This document shows, piece by piece, positions 46,444-61,300 of a stretch of DNA of 64,000 nucleotides (its first letter is position 1; the number at the start of each line of letters is the position of its first letter). A program made the position numbers and the translations under genes. The DNA comes from Azolla caroliniana. Taxonomy: Eukaryota; Plantae; Polypodiophyta. Where the stretch lies: assembly GCA_043228905.1 (NCBI GenBank), contig JBHGNT010000068.1:1-64000 (forward strand). The letters run 5' to 3'. The notes below the pieces were generated by a model that did not search any database, had not been told where the DNA came from, and saw only the letters and a list, made by a program, of their open reading frames with translations.

Positions 46444-49400
46444 TCATATCATGTTGGTGATCAAGAATCCGGACATGGCCACAGCCATCAGTAGAGGTTG
46501 CAAGAGAGTGAGAGCGGCTGACATTGCACCTGACTTTTCGCTCAGAGTATTGAAAGGCCTGCAACCAAAACCAAGAACAAGAAACCCATTACTTAGTACA
46601 TGTGTAAAACCAAAACCAAAACCAAAAATACAAGAACATATGTAAAACAACATATAAAGAAAACCTTCCATTAAAGAATTCCAGTCTCATGTTCATCAAA
46701 ACCAAGACAAAGGAAAAAACAGGGGAGCAGAGGCTTACTTTTTTTGCATGGATTTTAGCTTTCCACAGTAAATGGCATTATCAGGTACAGGTAGCTCTGT
46801 CTTGTTGCTAACCTCGGGATTGTAGACTCGTATGTATAGCTCCTGCCCAAGATACCAATTAGGCAAAAGCTGCGATCGAAGGTTCCACATTCCCACATTG
46901 TCAAGTTCCACGAGCAAGGCAGTCCAAGAGTTCGGGAAAACCTAGTGCCAAACAAAAGCACACATTGTTAAGTTTGAAGGGGATCATTACATTACACATT
47001 GTGTGTTTGTGTATGTGTTATAGCAAAACTCTCTGTCTGCTATCTTCTTTACTTTTAAATGCATTCCGCACATTTAAAATTCCTTAATTGTGCATTATAT
47101 GTTACAATACCTGTGTGGTTGATCGAGCCACACCATCCCACTTGTTGTAACTGCCTCGGTCTGCCTCTGTCCATGGGTTTGAACCAAAACTGGAGAACAA
47201 ACAGATACATGAGAAACCCTTCACTTGGCTGTAATGTGTAAATGAATACTAAAGAAAACACCCATTATAATAGAAATAGTTACTGCTCACCCCACAACGA
47301 AAAATGCATAGCCATCTAAGTGGTAACTTTGCACGGTGTCATCAGCATTTATCAATACAATCTCCAAGAACCCTCTATATCCTCCAGAGATAACAGATGT
47401 AAGGAGTTGTGGTGTCACATTTAGTGGTTTCCGATGGAATGAATCGAGCGAAAAAACTCCCGAAACATTGTAATAATCCGCAAGTTTAAGTGGTGTGTCA
47501 GGAGCAGAATAGGAGGCATCATTCAATGCATAACGCACCGATCCTTTAATGGTCGGCTTACTTCCTTGGAGTATCAATGTTTCCGTGACATTAATCTGAC
47601 CATATTTAAACGAACCCTGAGCATTCGGACGAGCTGCACCTGCTGTTAAGTTCCATCTGCATTATAAAGTTAAATTCGTGGTGAAATCAGACATTCAAAT
47701 ATGCATTAATCTATTTATGTGTATATATTACATCCACAACGTTGCGCTTTTAAAACATGTGGTAGTAATTCAAACAAACTTTGTATATCAAACTGACATA
47801 CCTGATAGAACGAGCTTGATTAACCGACCAATTGGGGTCGTATTGGTCATCCGGGGGCGGAGGTAGTGGGCCTGAGGCTGCAGCCTTTGAATTCGAGTAA
47901 TGTAGAATGGCAACCCCAGTCACATGAGACCAAATAGTTGTGTTGACGAACCTCGCGCTCGCAACCATGTAATAATCGGAACTTGCATTTTGATCCATAG
48001 TGACAAGAAAAGAATAGCTCTGCCCTACATGGATGTCCAAAGTCGTGTAGTTCTGTTGAGATACATATGATCCTTCAGTTTCCACCAAGAGCATGTTATG
48101 GTTCTGGATCCTAAAGTTCAGAGATGTTGATGTTCCCACATTCGACACTCGGATACGGTATGTTTTCCCTGTGAGAACATAAAGAGCATAGTAGCACCAA
48201 CAATTAAACCAAGCTCTACGAAGATGTATACAAATGTTCTTAAACTCGCTTGAGATCATATGTAATGGAAATTAACCTTGCTCTACATTGAATGTCTCCC
48301 AAAGGATTCCTTTTGGCACCAATGTGCTGTTATAAGGGTATGGGCCTTTTCCATTGATAAGCACTCCATCGGGAATCCCTAGAGACTTTCCTTTGTCTAG
48401 TGTAGCTCTAAGTTCCTGTATACAAGAAATCACAATCATCTTAACGATCTTTGGAGTATACAGGCCAAGATGGTTAAGAAAGACAGGCAATCCGCAGATT
48501 GAAGAAACGAAAAGGATTAGGAACAAAGATTAAGATAAAAGAACGATCCCAGGCAAAGCAGACAAATAGGGGGCAAGATTAATCAATCAGATTGATAAAA
48601 AGAACGCAAATGATAAGTGAGGTGAAGAGGAAGCAAACGGATAAAGGAGACTATAGGGTGAACAAAAAGCCCTAAATTGGATATGAAAGCAACACGATAT
48701 ATAGGCTACTTACCTTGTGATCTGCATTGTACCAATCGCCGATCAATATGGTAAAGTCGCCATCAGGGGTACCAAAAGGGACCGGAATGACTGAGCGGGG
48801 AGTAATTGTGAAGCCCCCAAACCCTCCCCCAGCCCTCTGGAAGTTGAGAGAAGGAAAATAAAAGAAGCTGCCGATCTGGTCCTTCACCTGGAAATTGTAA
48901 GTCCAGTTCCAGGTTGGAGGGATGGGGCAGTTTGTTCCCGTCACTCCATCTTGCCAAGATGTTCTCCTCTGCTGAATCCCGTTCCTGAGTAAGTAAAATT
49001 TCGATTCAATCAAATAAATTTTGATTGAATGATTGATTTGCCGATTGTGTTAAGCAGATACTTTATCTTTAGACGAGGTACATTAGCACGTTTAGAATAT
49101 CCATCGGTAATAGAAAGACATAGCACAACCACATTCTAGAATTACCATGTTTAGAATCTCCGTCATATTGTGGTGCCATTCAAGACCTAAATGATTCAAT
49201 AAATATGTGCACGTATGTACAAAGAGAGAAAGAGTGTATAATGACCATGTGATGAGAAGATCTTCGTCCAAGCTGTTGAGTACATTGATTTGCATGTTGT
49301 AATTTGTTGTCGTGTTGATAACAGGGCCGGGGAACTGGCCATTGATGGCAATAACCTGCACATCCATAAAAAAAAGCATCAAGAAGAAGAGAAATATGAG

Positions 49401-49622
49401 TGAAAAGCTGAACAAGAACCATGCTTGGTTGGAGAATGTAGCTCAACATAAAGAGATTTAAGGAATTACTTGTTGTTTGACACCTAATGGAGCGACTGTA
49501 ATGTAGGAGAACTTCCATTCCAGTGTGGAAAACGGGTCTAAGGCCAAAACTGTGAAGAAGAAGAAAGAAGATGAAGAAAGAAAAAGAATAAGACGGGATA
49601 CGAACTGAGACTTCGAAGTCAT
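46444..49622 (-). CDS. SKU5: SKU5/SKS-type monocopper oxidase-like protein with signal peptide and probable GPI anchor, 9 exons
   Basis: Exons 49622-49470, 49355-49246, 48984-48714, 48415-48277, 48168-47802, 47656-47291, 47189-47111, 46941-46739 and 46558-46444. Motifs APLGVKQQVIAINGQFPGP, WNGIQQRRTSWQDG, QVKDQIGSFFYFPS, SYHLDG and GMWNLRS show most copper ligands lost, as in the SKS family. The C-terminus is hydrophobic. Confidence 0.93.
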
Positions 49623-49639
49623 GTCTCTCTCTGTGGGCA

Positions 49640-49954
49640 GAGACCAGAGAAAGACAGAGACAGAGACAGAGAACGAAGTTTGAAAAAGAATGGATGGGTA
49701 AGTAAGATGACTCCGGGAGCTAGGGGGTGGGAACTAGGGCGAAAGTATTTACACACATTGCTAAGTAAAAGAAGCACAGACAGAGAGAGAGAGAGGGAGA
49801 GAGGGAGGAATTTAACGCTATTTTTTTTAGATGATTGAGCTGTTTGTTGCTAATGACTCTCTGTTTCTTAGGGATGGAGATACATACATAGATCCGCTCA
49901 AAAGGAAGGGTAAGGGCTACTTACTCAGTCACTCACTCACTACAACTGCTACGC

Positions 49955-49989
<35 letters not shown>

Positions 49990-50254
49990 GGGGAAGGGAA
50001 GGGAAGGGAAGGGGGTGCTCTCTGTTTCTTCTATACATATGTATGTATACTAAACTACCTTGGAGATAAGAAGCAGAAGACACAGACAGCTGGATGGATA
50101 TGGCGCTATTATTTGTTTATTATGTATGTGTTGTTGTTGTTTTACAAAGGAAAGATAGAGAGAGATAGAAAGATATGTACATATATGTATGAATGTGTAG
50201 AAATTACTAAGAAGAAGAAGAAGACTCTGTTCTGCCCTGGTACTACAGTGTTTG

Positions 50255-50290
<36 letters not shown>

Positions 50291-50339
50291 GTAGAGAGAT
50301 TGGCAAGTGGGGGAGGTTATGACAGTGGAAGGGAAGGGA

Positions 50340-50378
<39 letters not shown>

Positions 50379-50734
50379 GTGGGTAGGCAGAGTGGAATGA
50401 ACCCGACTGACTGACCGACTGTATCTTAGACAAGAGAGCAACCGACTGTGACTGACTGTTAGTGAGAGAGACTGACTGACTGACTCTGTGTGTGTGTGTG
50501 TCTGTGTGTGGGTTAGAGAGAAAGAGAGAAGATACAGTTTGGGTGTGTGTGTTAGAGAGAGAAAAAGAGAGACAGAAGGAAACAGAGCAATGTGTGCGTG
50601 TGTGTGTGCACTAGAGAGAGAGAGAGAGAGAGCGTTGTTAGAGAGAGAAGGAAACAGAGCAATGCGGGCGTGTGTGTGTTAGAGAGAGAGAGCAGGAAAC
50701 GTAGCAATGTGTGTGAAGGAGAGAGAGTGAGAGT

Positions 50735-50767
<33 letters not shown>

Positions 50768-51190
50768 CGAGAGAAGGAAACAGAGAAAAATGTGTGAGTG
50801 GGAGATAGACAGAGATAGAGAGAGGGAAACAGAGGAATGTGTGTGTGTTGTGTGAACGAGAGAAAAACAGGGGAATGAATGAATTGTGTACATATGTGTG
50901 AAAAGGAAGGAAGAGAGAGAAAGAAACACAGCAATATTTGTGTGTGTGTGTGTGTTTGTGTGCGCGTGCGTGTTGGGTGGGGGGGGGGGGGGGGGGGGTG
51001 CCTCTCACGTGACCGGATGCCAGCTAAGCATGATGACGTGGAGGTAGAGTCGGAGCCAATCTGTTGTTAGAATTAACGGGCAGTTTGTGCAGCAACGGCC
51101 CCAAGGGCGTGTTCACACCACCAACCATCACACACACACACCCATCGACCGTCTGCCGTTTGCCTCGTGTGTGTGTGTGTGTGTGTGGGT
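49640..51190. repeat. Dense compound microsatellite block (GA, GT, CAGA, GACT, poly-G) upstream of SKU5
   Basis: Read directly: many (GA)n and (GT)n runs, with a G-run at ~50975-50998. Confidence 0.9.
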
Positions 51191-53341
51191 GTATGAATGT
51201 ATCATGTATGTATGTAGATGAATGAATGAATGATGTTGCCATGTGCTTTCTTTCTGTCCCTTCCCTTCGAGCATGTTGTCGTTTGTCCTTGCTCCCCCGT
51301 TTGATGCCATTTCTATCGCATGTTCGGCACTCAAACTATCCAACCAACCGACTCAACACCACATGCATGTTAGCTTGCATTTGATCATATAGTTTCCTTC
51401 AAAGTTCATTGCACCACTTTGGCATTGTATTATTGCATTTCCTGCCATTCAATTCTTATTAATAAGAACCGCTTACTTTCTCTAGCCCTTTCAAGCATAA
51501 AGTAGATTTGGCTTGGTTAAAAGCTTGCGTGGTTGATGTTATAATGGATCTACAACTCAATATACATGGATATATGCATCATGAATATTTTTTTAAAGAG
51601 GCTGATTACACTACTTGAATAGAGTTACTTTTGAATTACAATAGCTACAATACATGTATTCATGCAAAAACAACTTGATATAAATACAAGGCCATCCTCA
51701 ATGAATACATGATGGTTGACAATGTTGGACTGCTTGACAACGAATAAAACATTTAGAAGACTTAACTTGGTGTGAATCCCACAACCAATGTTGAAACAAT
51801 GAAAGGTTGTGTTCCCTAAACTTGCGTTTTATTCCAGGTACGAGGAAGCACAACAATACTAAAAATTTCTACATTCTATAAAGTTTAAACCAACATTTCA
51901 CTAAAAGAATGTGAGAAACATGTACATGTATATAGGCATATGTTAGAAATGCTCCCGGTGTATTTGATATATCATGAAACTAAAAAACTACTAAATTTAA
52001 ACCATATATCTTGAAAACTTCGTCGACGGTTACCATAAGTATAATTGTAAACTAGCACAAGCTTAATCATGTTCACATTTGGAACCCCTAAAAAGAATAA
52101 GTAGAATGTGAGATTGAAGTCCCAACATTTTGAATTTGGTCAAATCAAGTGAGCCCCTCCTCTTATATGTTAATTGGTTATCAGTGGTTGCAATATTTGA
52201 TCTATTCCTTTAAAATCGTTAATGTCATCATTTGTGCCAATAGTGTCGTTTATGAGTGATATGGACAGTGAAGACTTCTTTGCCAAAAACTCTGTTGACT
52301 TATAGAAATAAGTAGAGACTTTTCAAATGACTTGTTTACCACGTAATGCGATCAAGTTTCTTTAACTATTCATTGTATTGTTGTTTTTATTTTGTCAAAA
52401 CTTTTTCATGACTAGCATGTGATGTGCTTTGATCATCTTTGGAATGTGTCTTGTCGCAATATATAAAGTAATTAACGAGACATTAGCTTCCATTTGCTTG
52501 ACAACCAAACAAGGTTTGAAATCCATAATGCATGTAGGTTGTCTTTTGTTGTCATAATGTGAGCCTTGAAAGACAACAATTTATTACAATGAGTAATCTA
52601 ATGAGCCTAGCATTGGAAGCATCATTGTAGTAACACACAAATAGCCATGCAAACATGTGGAAATCCTTGAACTTAGTTCTAAACCCATTCAATATTTCAC
52701 CTAAACTTGAGATTTGGTTATTCACAATTGCGAAGATTTAGTGGACATGATTTATCATTGTCTTAATATCACAAAGCCAATGAAATTGTCTTCAAGTTGT
52801 AAGTGATGTCTTTTCAAACATTTATCTGTTACGAGGCAATATTTGGGACAAAGAGTCCGTCTAGTTTGTTACTATTTTAATTTAAACTCGACAATAAGTC
52901 AAATATTTCATTATAGTATTTGCTCCAAATAGCTTGGTGATTGGAATTAGGGTGTGTATACACTTAGGAAGTAAAGATATTTTTCAAAAACAAAAATACA
53001 AAGAACACTTTGGAGATTCGAAGGTCTAAGAGGTTAGAATATTACTTAAGTTATACATAACACCATTAAGATTATTCTTCTACGATGCTTCATGTTTGTG
53101 ATAGGTGACATTTAAATTTAGCCTTTAACCCTTTAGTAGTCATGTCTGGAATGGAATCGTGCTAGAAAAGTTTTGAAATATTTGATAGAAATAGAGAATA
53201 TAGACGAATGTGCTATACATGTATGTCATGGGAAATATACCCAAATTATGGTATATTCACAATCATCGATGATGATAATAAATTGATAACAAATATATAT
53301 GTGCATATTCGTCGATACATGTTTAGGTCTGAAAATGGGTG

Positions 53342-53571
53342 TTGGATATTACCTTGGCATTAGGAATCAACAACAACACGACTCAAGCCTGAATTGAACC
53401 GTAATAGTTCACTTTAGTTTATGCTTGAGCTTCCTTAACCAACTTGAGCTCGATTTGGATATTACCTTGGCATTAGGAATCAACAACAATACGATTCAAG
53501 CCTAAATTGAACCGTAATAGTTCACTTTAGTTTATGCTTGAGCTTCCTTAACCAATTTGAGCTCAATTTGG
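53342..53571. repeat. 113 bp tandem duplication
   Basis: ttggatattaccttggcattaggaatcaacaacaa...gagctc occurs at 53342 and 53455. Confidence 0.88.
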
Positions 53572-56500
53572 AATGGCTCAAGCCAAACCACACTTATTTG
53601 GGCCAAACCGGTTAAGGCTTAATCGACTTGTCCAAACCAATTAGCCTTAACTAGTTTAGGAACCAATTTGGTTCAAGTTTGGAAACTCCCAAATTGGTAA
53701 GGTTTAATTGATTTGGTTTGGACAAGGCCAAACCAGTTAAGCATAAATTGAACCGTTGTCGATTCCTATTAGGGATCATGTGAATATGTAATGGAAATTG
53801 TCTCTTTAAATATAAAATAATCTTTGTGAGTTTAGTTTTAAAAAACTTCATGAAAGGTGTCATATCATAACTTGAACATGAATGTCCTAACTTTTGTCAT
53901 AGTAAAGGGAGTAAAAGGAGTGAAGAATCAAATTTCAATGTACAAACCTATTGTGAACAAATTTTGTAGTAAGTGTAAAACAATGAAAAATTGTTGTTTA
54001 TTTGCATCAAGATGGCGAATTGTACTTACAAAGATTGCACTAGTGGCAATACGAGGAACATTTCCGTTGTTATTGGCATTTGCATGCTCCAATTCATAAC
54101 ATAAATGACACTAGCATCTTTCGAAAAAATGAGCTATTTTCTAGGTAGGCTTACACCTTAAAGCATAGACAAACCAAGTGTTGGCACAATCCGACATATG
54201 CTAGGCTCACAATGCCCATGCAAAAGTCACCTTGTTGGTACACGATGGATATTGACACCGTAAACAAACTATTGATGTTATGTTTATGCTACAACTGTGT
54301 TCTTGTTCATGAAGGGGGGTTAGAATACATGTCTACCATGAGGTTAGGATCTAGATGGACTTGTCCTTTTAACATTAGCTTATTGTTACTTTCCTCTAGC
54401 TTTTTGCCTTTCTTTAATCAATTTGCAAATGTTGGTCCTTTGTGATGTTTATAAAGTTAGATTCACTCCCCTATGGATTGGGCTATTAATTAGCTTGAAA
54501 AAGTAGTTGATATGAATTTGGCATTTGTATATAAGTGTTAAACTTGGTATTCTTCTACATGACACAAAAAAAGATGTAGTATTGAGTCTTCACCTCTTTT
54601 GGGGAGAGAACAAAGTGGAGATATGCTCCATCAGGGTGGCTTTTTCCGCCCCCCCATTATGGAAGGATCCTGATTTTAGTTGTGTGAATATTGTTTCTAA
54701 GGTAGTTGTGTGAGGGTTTTTGCTATTTGCATCAACATGTTGGTTGATGTGGGAATGTTGGTTGTGTTTTCATGTACGAGTTCTTTGTAGCCTTTGGGCA
54801 TCTTTCCATTAATGCCAAGGTGAATCTTAAAAAAGAATAAGAAGATGATGATGTAATCTTGAATGTTTATACTAGGATCCTCTTGACCTCTCATACATGT
54901 ATGATGTGACCATGAATCAAATATAATGCAGTGGATAATATGTCTCAATGAACCATTAAACAACTCAAGCAATGAGCAAATATATCATATTATACAATGG
55001 CTTGTGCTTTGAAAAAAAAATCACGATTCACAAATACTTTCAATGCATTAGTGCTTGTCTTTTACAATAACATCTTAGTTGTATACATGAATCCAAGGAA
55101 AACATTTAGCTTGAAAACAAGAAGCAAGTTAACTTTTCGAAGTTTCATTTTAAAATTCCAAAGACGTATTCCTTTGTTTTCTCCATATTAAATTGAAGAA
55201 ACTCTAAAGCAATAGTTGAAACTCCACAACTTTCAAACTATGTTCCACATGTCTTCTTGACTACGATCTCATTTCTTGTATAGGAATCCACCCAAACCAT
55301 TTTACCAATCAACCACAAGGAAGTCATAATTAACAATGTGCAATTACACATGAATTTTCAATTTATAACCCCTTTTGTTTCATCCATGCTAAAGTGATAT
55401 GTTTGTTGAAGCTTCACATCAACTTTTCAAGCAATCTTTTGTATCACGTGGACCACACACTAATACATATTAGTAACTATTGAAATGCAACGCAATAAAG
55501 AATGTAAATACCAAAAGTATAGAAATGCAAACATGAAATTTCTTGTAGTGCACTCCCATAATAATATGTGAAGATCTCATTCTTCTTTGCAATAGAGTGA
55601 CATATCGTTGAAGTGTGTGGTTGAATTACATATTGTAGATGTTCTACACTAGAGTTGAGAACATATAGAAAAGGGCTATGCTAAAACAACATGTGAAAAA
55701 ACCTTTGAATTCGTGTAAAGGTCCATTGAGTTTAGCCATATTAAAGAACACCTTCTTCTCCTCATTGACGAATTTCTCGTTTGAGTTTTCTCTCAACTAA
55801 AGATCATGTTACGTATACACCATTATAACTTTATGTTTCTTTGCACCTCATGAATTGCCTCTTGGAAATTGCATTCTCGTTTCCCCTTGAATCAAAATAA
55901 ATTTTCTACCTACTCGTTTATCCCTTTGAGCTCACACTCCTAGAGATTATAATCCATTCTGGTATTTGCAATTTTTTGAATTATACCTCACATAATGTTT
56001 TTTTGTTTGCATTCTTGTGATAGTGTGCGTGTGTTTGGAATATGGGTGGGACCACATTGAGTCTTAAACCAAAAGAGATGGTTTAGCAAGTTCAAGTCAT
56101 TTCTTGGGCTTCATAGGTAGGTATCGTCATACGTAGGACTCTTTGTTGTATCCCTTTGTTAGTACTTCATAAATGGCATTGCTTTGTTGCTAATAGCTAT
56201 GATTATTTTGTCCCTAGCTCCATTCATTGTTGGGGTCCTTTGAAGGTAGGCTTTCATCCTTAGGGCCTTTGCTAATGGCCGTTGTAGGTAGGCCTCCATT
56301 CAATTGAATTCATTGTTAGGTTTCCTTATGGGAAACATGGTGAGATAAACTTAAGGTGACTTATTTGTGATGCTTATTAAGTCGTTACCCTACCATAAGT
56401 GCAAGAACGCGGCTACTTAAAACATACAATACACTCAAAACATGACTCCAACACAAACACATTGGAGTGGTAAGTAAATCCAATAGATTGATCCAATTCA

Positions 56501-58368
56501 CAAAAGAAGTAGACAAGGAAGGTGACTATAGATTCCTGCAATTAAAATAATCTTAGATTTAAGGGTGGGTTAAACATAATGCTCGAGTTTTGGCAAAATT
56601 TGAGACATTGAAGAGTGACCTCGAAGAAACAACACATATATGGGGATAGGGGTAACCATAATGAAAAGTTGTTAGTGAGTTGTAAACTTTACCTAAAACT
56701 AGATATATAGGATGAAAATGGTGTAGTAATGGGAATTAATAGTTCAACATATTGAAGTTCCTTTTATCATATCGGTGACCTAAAGAGGCATACAACTAAC
56801 AAGTAGAGGAAACTTAGGATTTTAGAAACTTGCATGATTATATCTAATTAAACCTCGTGTGGTGAGGAGATAAGTGACTCTATGAAGAAGCTAATATTTT
56901 TTTACCACATAAAGTAGGACCCAATATCTATCCAATATTTTGACCATCATAAGATTTTGACTAATTATGGTGCTAAGAAATAAGATCTTCTTACCATGGA
57001 GTAAAGACTCTCCTGATTTCTTACAAGAATCATTCGACTTCTCTCTACTTACCATGGAGTAAAGACCCACAAGATTTTTGACAATAATTAATTATTGATC
57101 ATCCATACATAGCTTGATTTGCCCTTAACCAAGATGTTGATGTAACATGCAAAATCAATATGAAAATACAATCTCATTATATGGCTCGCTTGCATATTCA
57201 ATTGTTTCAATGGATGGTGTAAGGCATATTAGTTAAGTTATGGGTTGAGCGAAAGTCATGAACATTTCTATAAAAAGCAACCCTTAAAGTTCACTACAAT
57301 AGCCTCTCTTCTTATTGGATGGGGAGCAAACCATTGACAAAACTTTGAGATGTTTAAAGTGCCCAAGACTGAGTCAAGAATTAGGGTAATGATTGTGTAC
57401 ATTGCGAGGACTTTCCATATGTTTATCCACTTATTATTGTTTAATGGAATGTTCCATGCTTGTCTATTGCAAAGTGTGGCTAAGCTTCTTCTTAATGTTG
57501 GCATCGAGAATTAGTTAGGCATCCTTAATTGCTAACTAAGTTTGAATGTGTTGGTGACGAATCCCTGACCATAGACATTTGGTTAAGTGTGCACTTTGAT
57601 CTCAAGGGAAAAATGCACACTTAACCAAGTTGTGCACTTAAGGTTTTTATATGTGATTTTGATTTTATTGTTTTTTGCAAAATGGTTCTCTTTGTTGCGT
57701 TGAAGAAAGTGCAATTCCCATCACGTCTCTTGAATTGCTCCATGACTATAATCAGATCACCACAACCGCTCTAATGGCTTCCACAACGTCGATCAACCAC
57801 TCTAATCACTCCCACAATGCTGCTTGAATCGCTCCTAGATTGTATTCCCAGGTGTGAAGGTTTTTACATATCGTAAAACATGTTTTCTGAATATATAATT
57901 GTAACATACATTTCAAAAAATAACAATAGTTTCCAAACATTGCAATTATAGATTGAATGCGAAAACTTGTGTTTCATTTCGACCAGTAGGCAAATGACGT
58001 TAAGTGATTTTGGTATGGAAAAGAGAGAACAGACTTAAGAAATCTGATAAGTGTGGATGGTGTAGTTGTTTTTTGAATGTTTGGATTACAAATTGGTTTG
58101 ATGTAAGTTTGTGATGAAACAATGTGTATTTTATTGATCTGGATTTTGGCCTCCATAATGTACATATGTATGTATGTATAAAGTATACATATGCTAAAAC
58201 TTAAAAGATACACTCTATATTCTTCCGTCTCTCTATTTCAATCCTCTTCTTGTTTTCTTTGTTCATTTTCACCATCATCGCCACCAGCAAATCTCTGCAG
58301 CAGCAGCAGCAGCAGCTCCTCCTCCTCCATACAGAACCAAAGCAGAGGAATAATCGTAAGGAACCGTA

Positions 58369-61300
58369 ATGGCGAAGCACAGCTGCTTGCTCTGCGCCCC
58401 CCTGATTGCCACGACTGTCGCAGAGATGATCGACCATATGGAAGTAGCCAGGGAGCAAGGAGCGGACATTGTGGAGCTCCGCGTGGATCACATCATCGAC
58501 TTTAACCCTCCCTCCCACCTCCCCATGCTTCTCTCTCGAAAACCCCTTCCTGTCATTGTCACATTCAGGTCAGTAAAAACAAACCTATTATATGAGAAGA
58601 GAACAAATGTGTAAAATTATGAACAATGTGCCTTTGTTCTTTAACTTAATCTGGTGCTATCTCGTGTTTCTAACCTCATCTGGTGTTATCTCGTGTTTCT
58701 AACCTCATCTGGTGCTATCTTGTTGGAAGGAGATAATTTGGTAACTCAACAATAGCTCATAAATCCTGACCTCATGTCTCAAATGTGTATGTGTATGACC
58801 TCATGTCTCAAGAACGAACAAATGTTTTGTGAGAGTTACTTAAATTAATTCTAACAATACCTTCAGAAATTATATCAGATATTATAAAGGAAAGGAAAAA
58901 CTTGTTTGACAGGAATAAAACGGAAATATATCCCAGGGATTATGATTCTGAATGATCTCTGCACAATCATGTAAAGAGTTCTTTGGATTCTTCAATTCAC
59001 ATATTTGAGTTAAAAGGTAATGCATATGAGAACTCCATTAACACTAAGTCTTGACACTGTCTTGGAAAATTCAATGAGAAATTTATCTGATTACATTTAG
59101 CTACGGAAAAAGCTCCCTTTCATCTATAGCGTGCATTCACATATTTGCACCTACCATGAGTTATCTGACCACAAAAACTCCATTATGTCTTTGATGATTT
59201 CAATCTGTCTATAATATAGTTTAATGCACGTTTGTTGCAGGCCACAGTGGGAAGGAGGGAAGTTCGTGGGAGATGAATCCTCTCGGCAAAATGCGCTTCA
59301 ATTGGCACTTAATCTGGGAGCTGATTTCATAGATATTGAACTAAAGGTTTCTAGAAATATCGTTCAATGTTGGAGTGTCTATGGAATCTGGATATTTGTA
59401 TCATGTCTCCTCTATGGCACATATGAATTGTCTTCTACCTTTATCATCTTTAATCCTGGATTCTACCTGTTACATGTCTAAAAGTAATCTGTACAGGGTT
59501 TTGGTTTTCTTTCATATAACTTCACCCATTCTGAACATGGAGTTGGGTTGATCCTTTCTTTTTTCTGGGTCTACTTGTGGATACAAACGTATAATCAGTT
59601 GTCATGAATGAGAATAGCAGACATGCAAACGTTGTGACAAAGCAACACTATGTCCAATAGAGGGCATATATACGATGAGCATGGCACATTTTCTTATGAA
59701 TAAATGTGCTTCATGAACTTTTGATCATCGAGTTTTCTTATCACATCTGAAGATGTTATGGAAGATGATAGCAGGTTTGGGTTTATTGCTGTCGGGAAAT
59801 GATGATTTAGTTTTTTATTAATCATGTGCTGATGTATTTCAAAATCTTATACAATACATTTTATTGAGCTGGGAATTTGTATGTTTTCCATGCATTCCCA
59901 ATATGGGAATTTTACTTCTCTAATGTATTACATATTTCTAGCACTTTTAATTGATTGATTTATGTTTTCTTTTGTAGGTTGCAACAGATTTCTTGGCATG
60001 TTTACGAGGCAGGGAGTCAAGCAGCTGCAAGATCATTGTATCCAATCATAATTTCCAAAGCACCCCATCAGCTGAAGAGCTTGGTACATTGATTGCTAAA
60101 ATGCAGTCAACTGGGGCAGATGTCATAAAATTTGTGACGACTGCTAATAAATTTACAGATGTTATAACTGTCCTCGAGGTCCTCCGTGGTTGCCAAGTAA
60201 GTATAGTAGTAAATTTAAAGATTCTCATATAAGAGAATAGCATGTGATCTTGAACTTTTTTTACGAACACCATTTTAGAATAAAATTTGCATTGGAATTG
60301 GCGAGCTTGTATTCCATTGGTATAAAGTATTAGACAAATACATAGCAATCTTGTGAAATATCTTTTCTTTTCGGAAGTTATCTTGTTGGTATCTATTTGT
60401 GCCAACAAAAGTTCTCTTTCTCAATGAGAAAGTCAGTGCGAAGCGTCATACAGATTATTGAAGGAGGAAATATATGTTGAAGCATGCATGCAACATGTCA
60501 TTCATCTGAAAGTTATTTTCCCTACAAGCACATGACTGATTTTAGTGGCTATTCTATCGTCTTCATCTGCTATTTTCTACATAGAAGTCATGATATGAAC
60601 TGGACTGTCTGCGCATTGATAGGCTAATTTCATCCACAATGTATTTTCTTTATATAACATTTCTATTCTATAAAACATGACAATATATGTTTTCTAAAAA
60701 TATATATGTTGTACCTGTCAAATTTCATTAAGATTTATGCAACCTTACCCATAGATCCATGTTCTTGTCTGATCTTGCAGATCCCAACGATTGGTTTGGC
60801 TATGGGTCAAATTGGTACTATAAGTCGTTTATTAAGTCCGAAATTTGGTGGTTTTTTGACATTTGGTTCTATCTCTCCCGGTAAGGAATCAGCTCCCGGG
60901 CAGACTACACTATCAGACTTGAGAAATGTCTATGGTCTTGGACACGTTGGTAAAGAAACAAAAGTGTATGGGATCATTGGAAACCCTGTGAGCCACAGTA
61001 AAGGGCCAATTATTCACAATGCAGCATTTCGTGCAGTTAGCTTTGATGGCATATATGTTCCTTTCCTTGTAGATGACCTTAAGGAGTTCCTGGATGCTTT
61101 CCATGACTCAGATTTTGCAGGATTCAGGTAAGTCTGTCAAATTGACTAAGAAAACACATGCATTGCAGAAGGATTCTACAAGATTGCCTTGGCATCAATG
61201 CTCGTTATTCTGTGTATACATTGTTGAATGCTACTTGTCATCTTGGTTGAGTTGTTCATCAATGTGATAGAAATTCAGAAAAGGTGACTTGTGCACATTG

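Noticed and set aside
49831-51343. Many short ORFs
   Set aside because: These are microsatellite translations (VCVC, HTHT, ERER).
51300-57500. Possible DNA-transposon or gypsy remnants, and a 14 bp inverted repeat near 53626/53713
   Set aside because: Too degenerate: no convincing domain, terminal repeats or TSD can be identified by eye.
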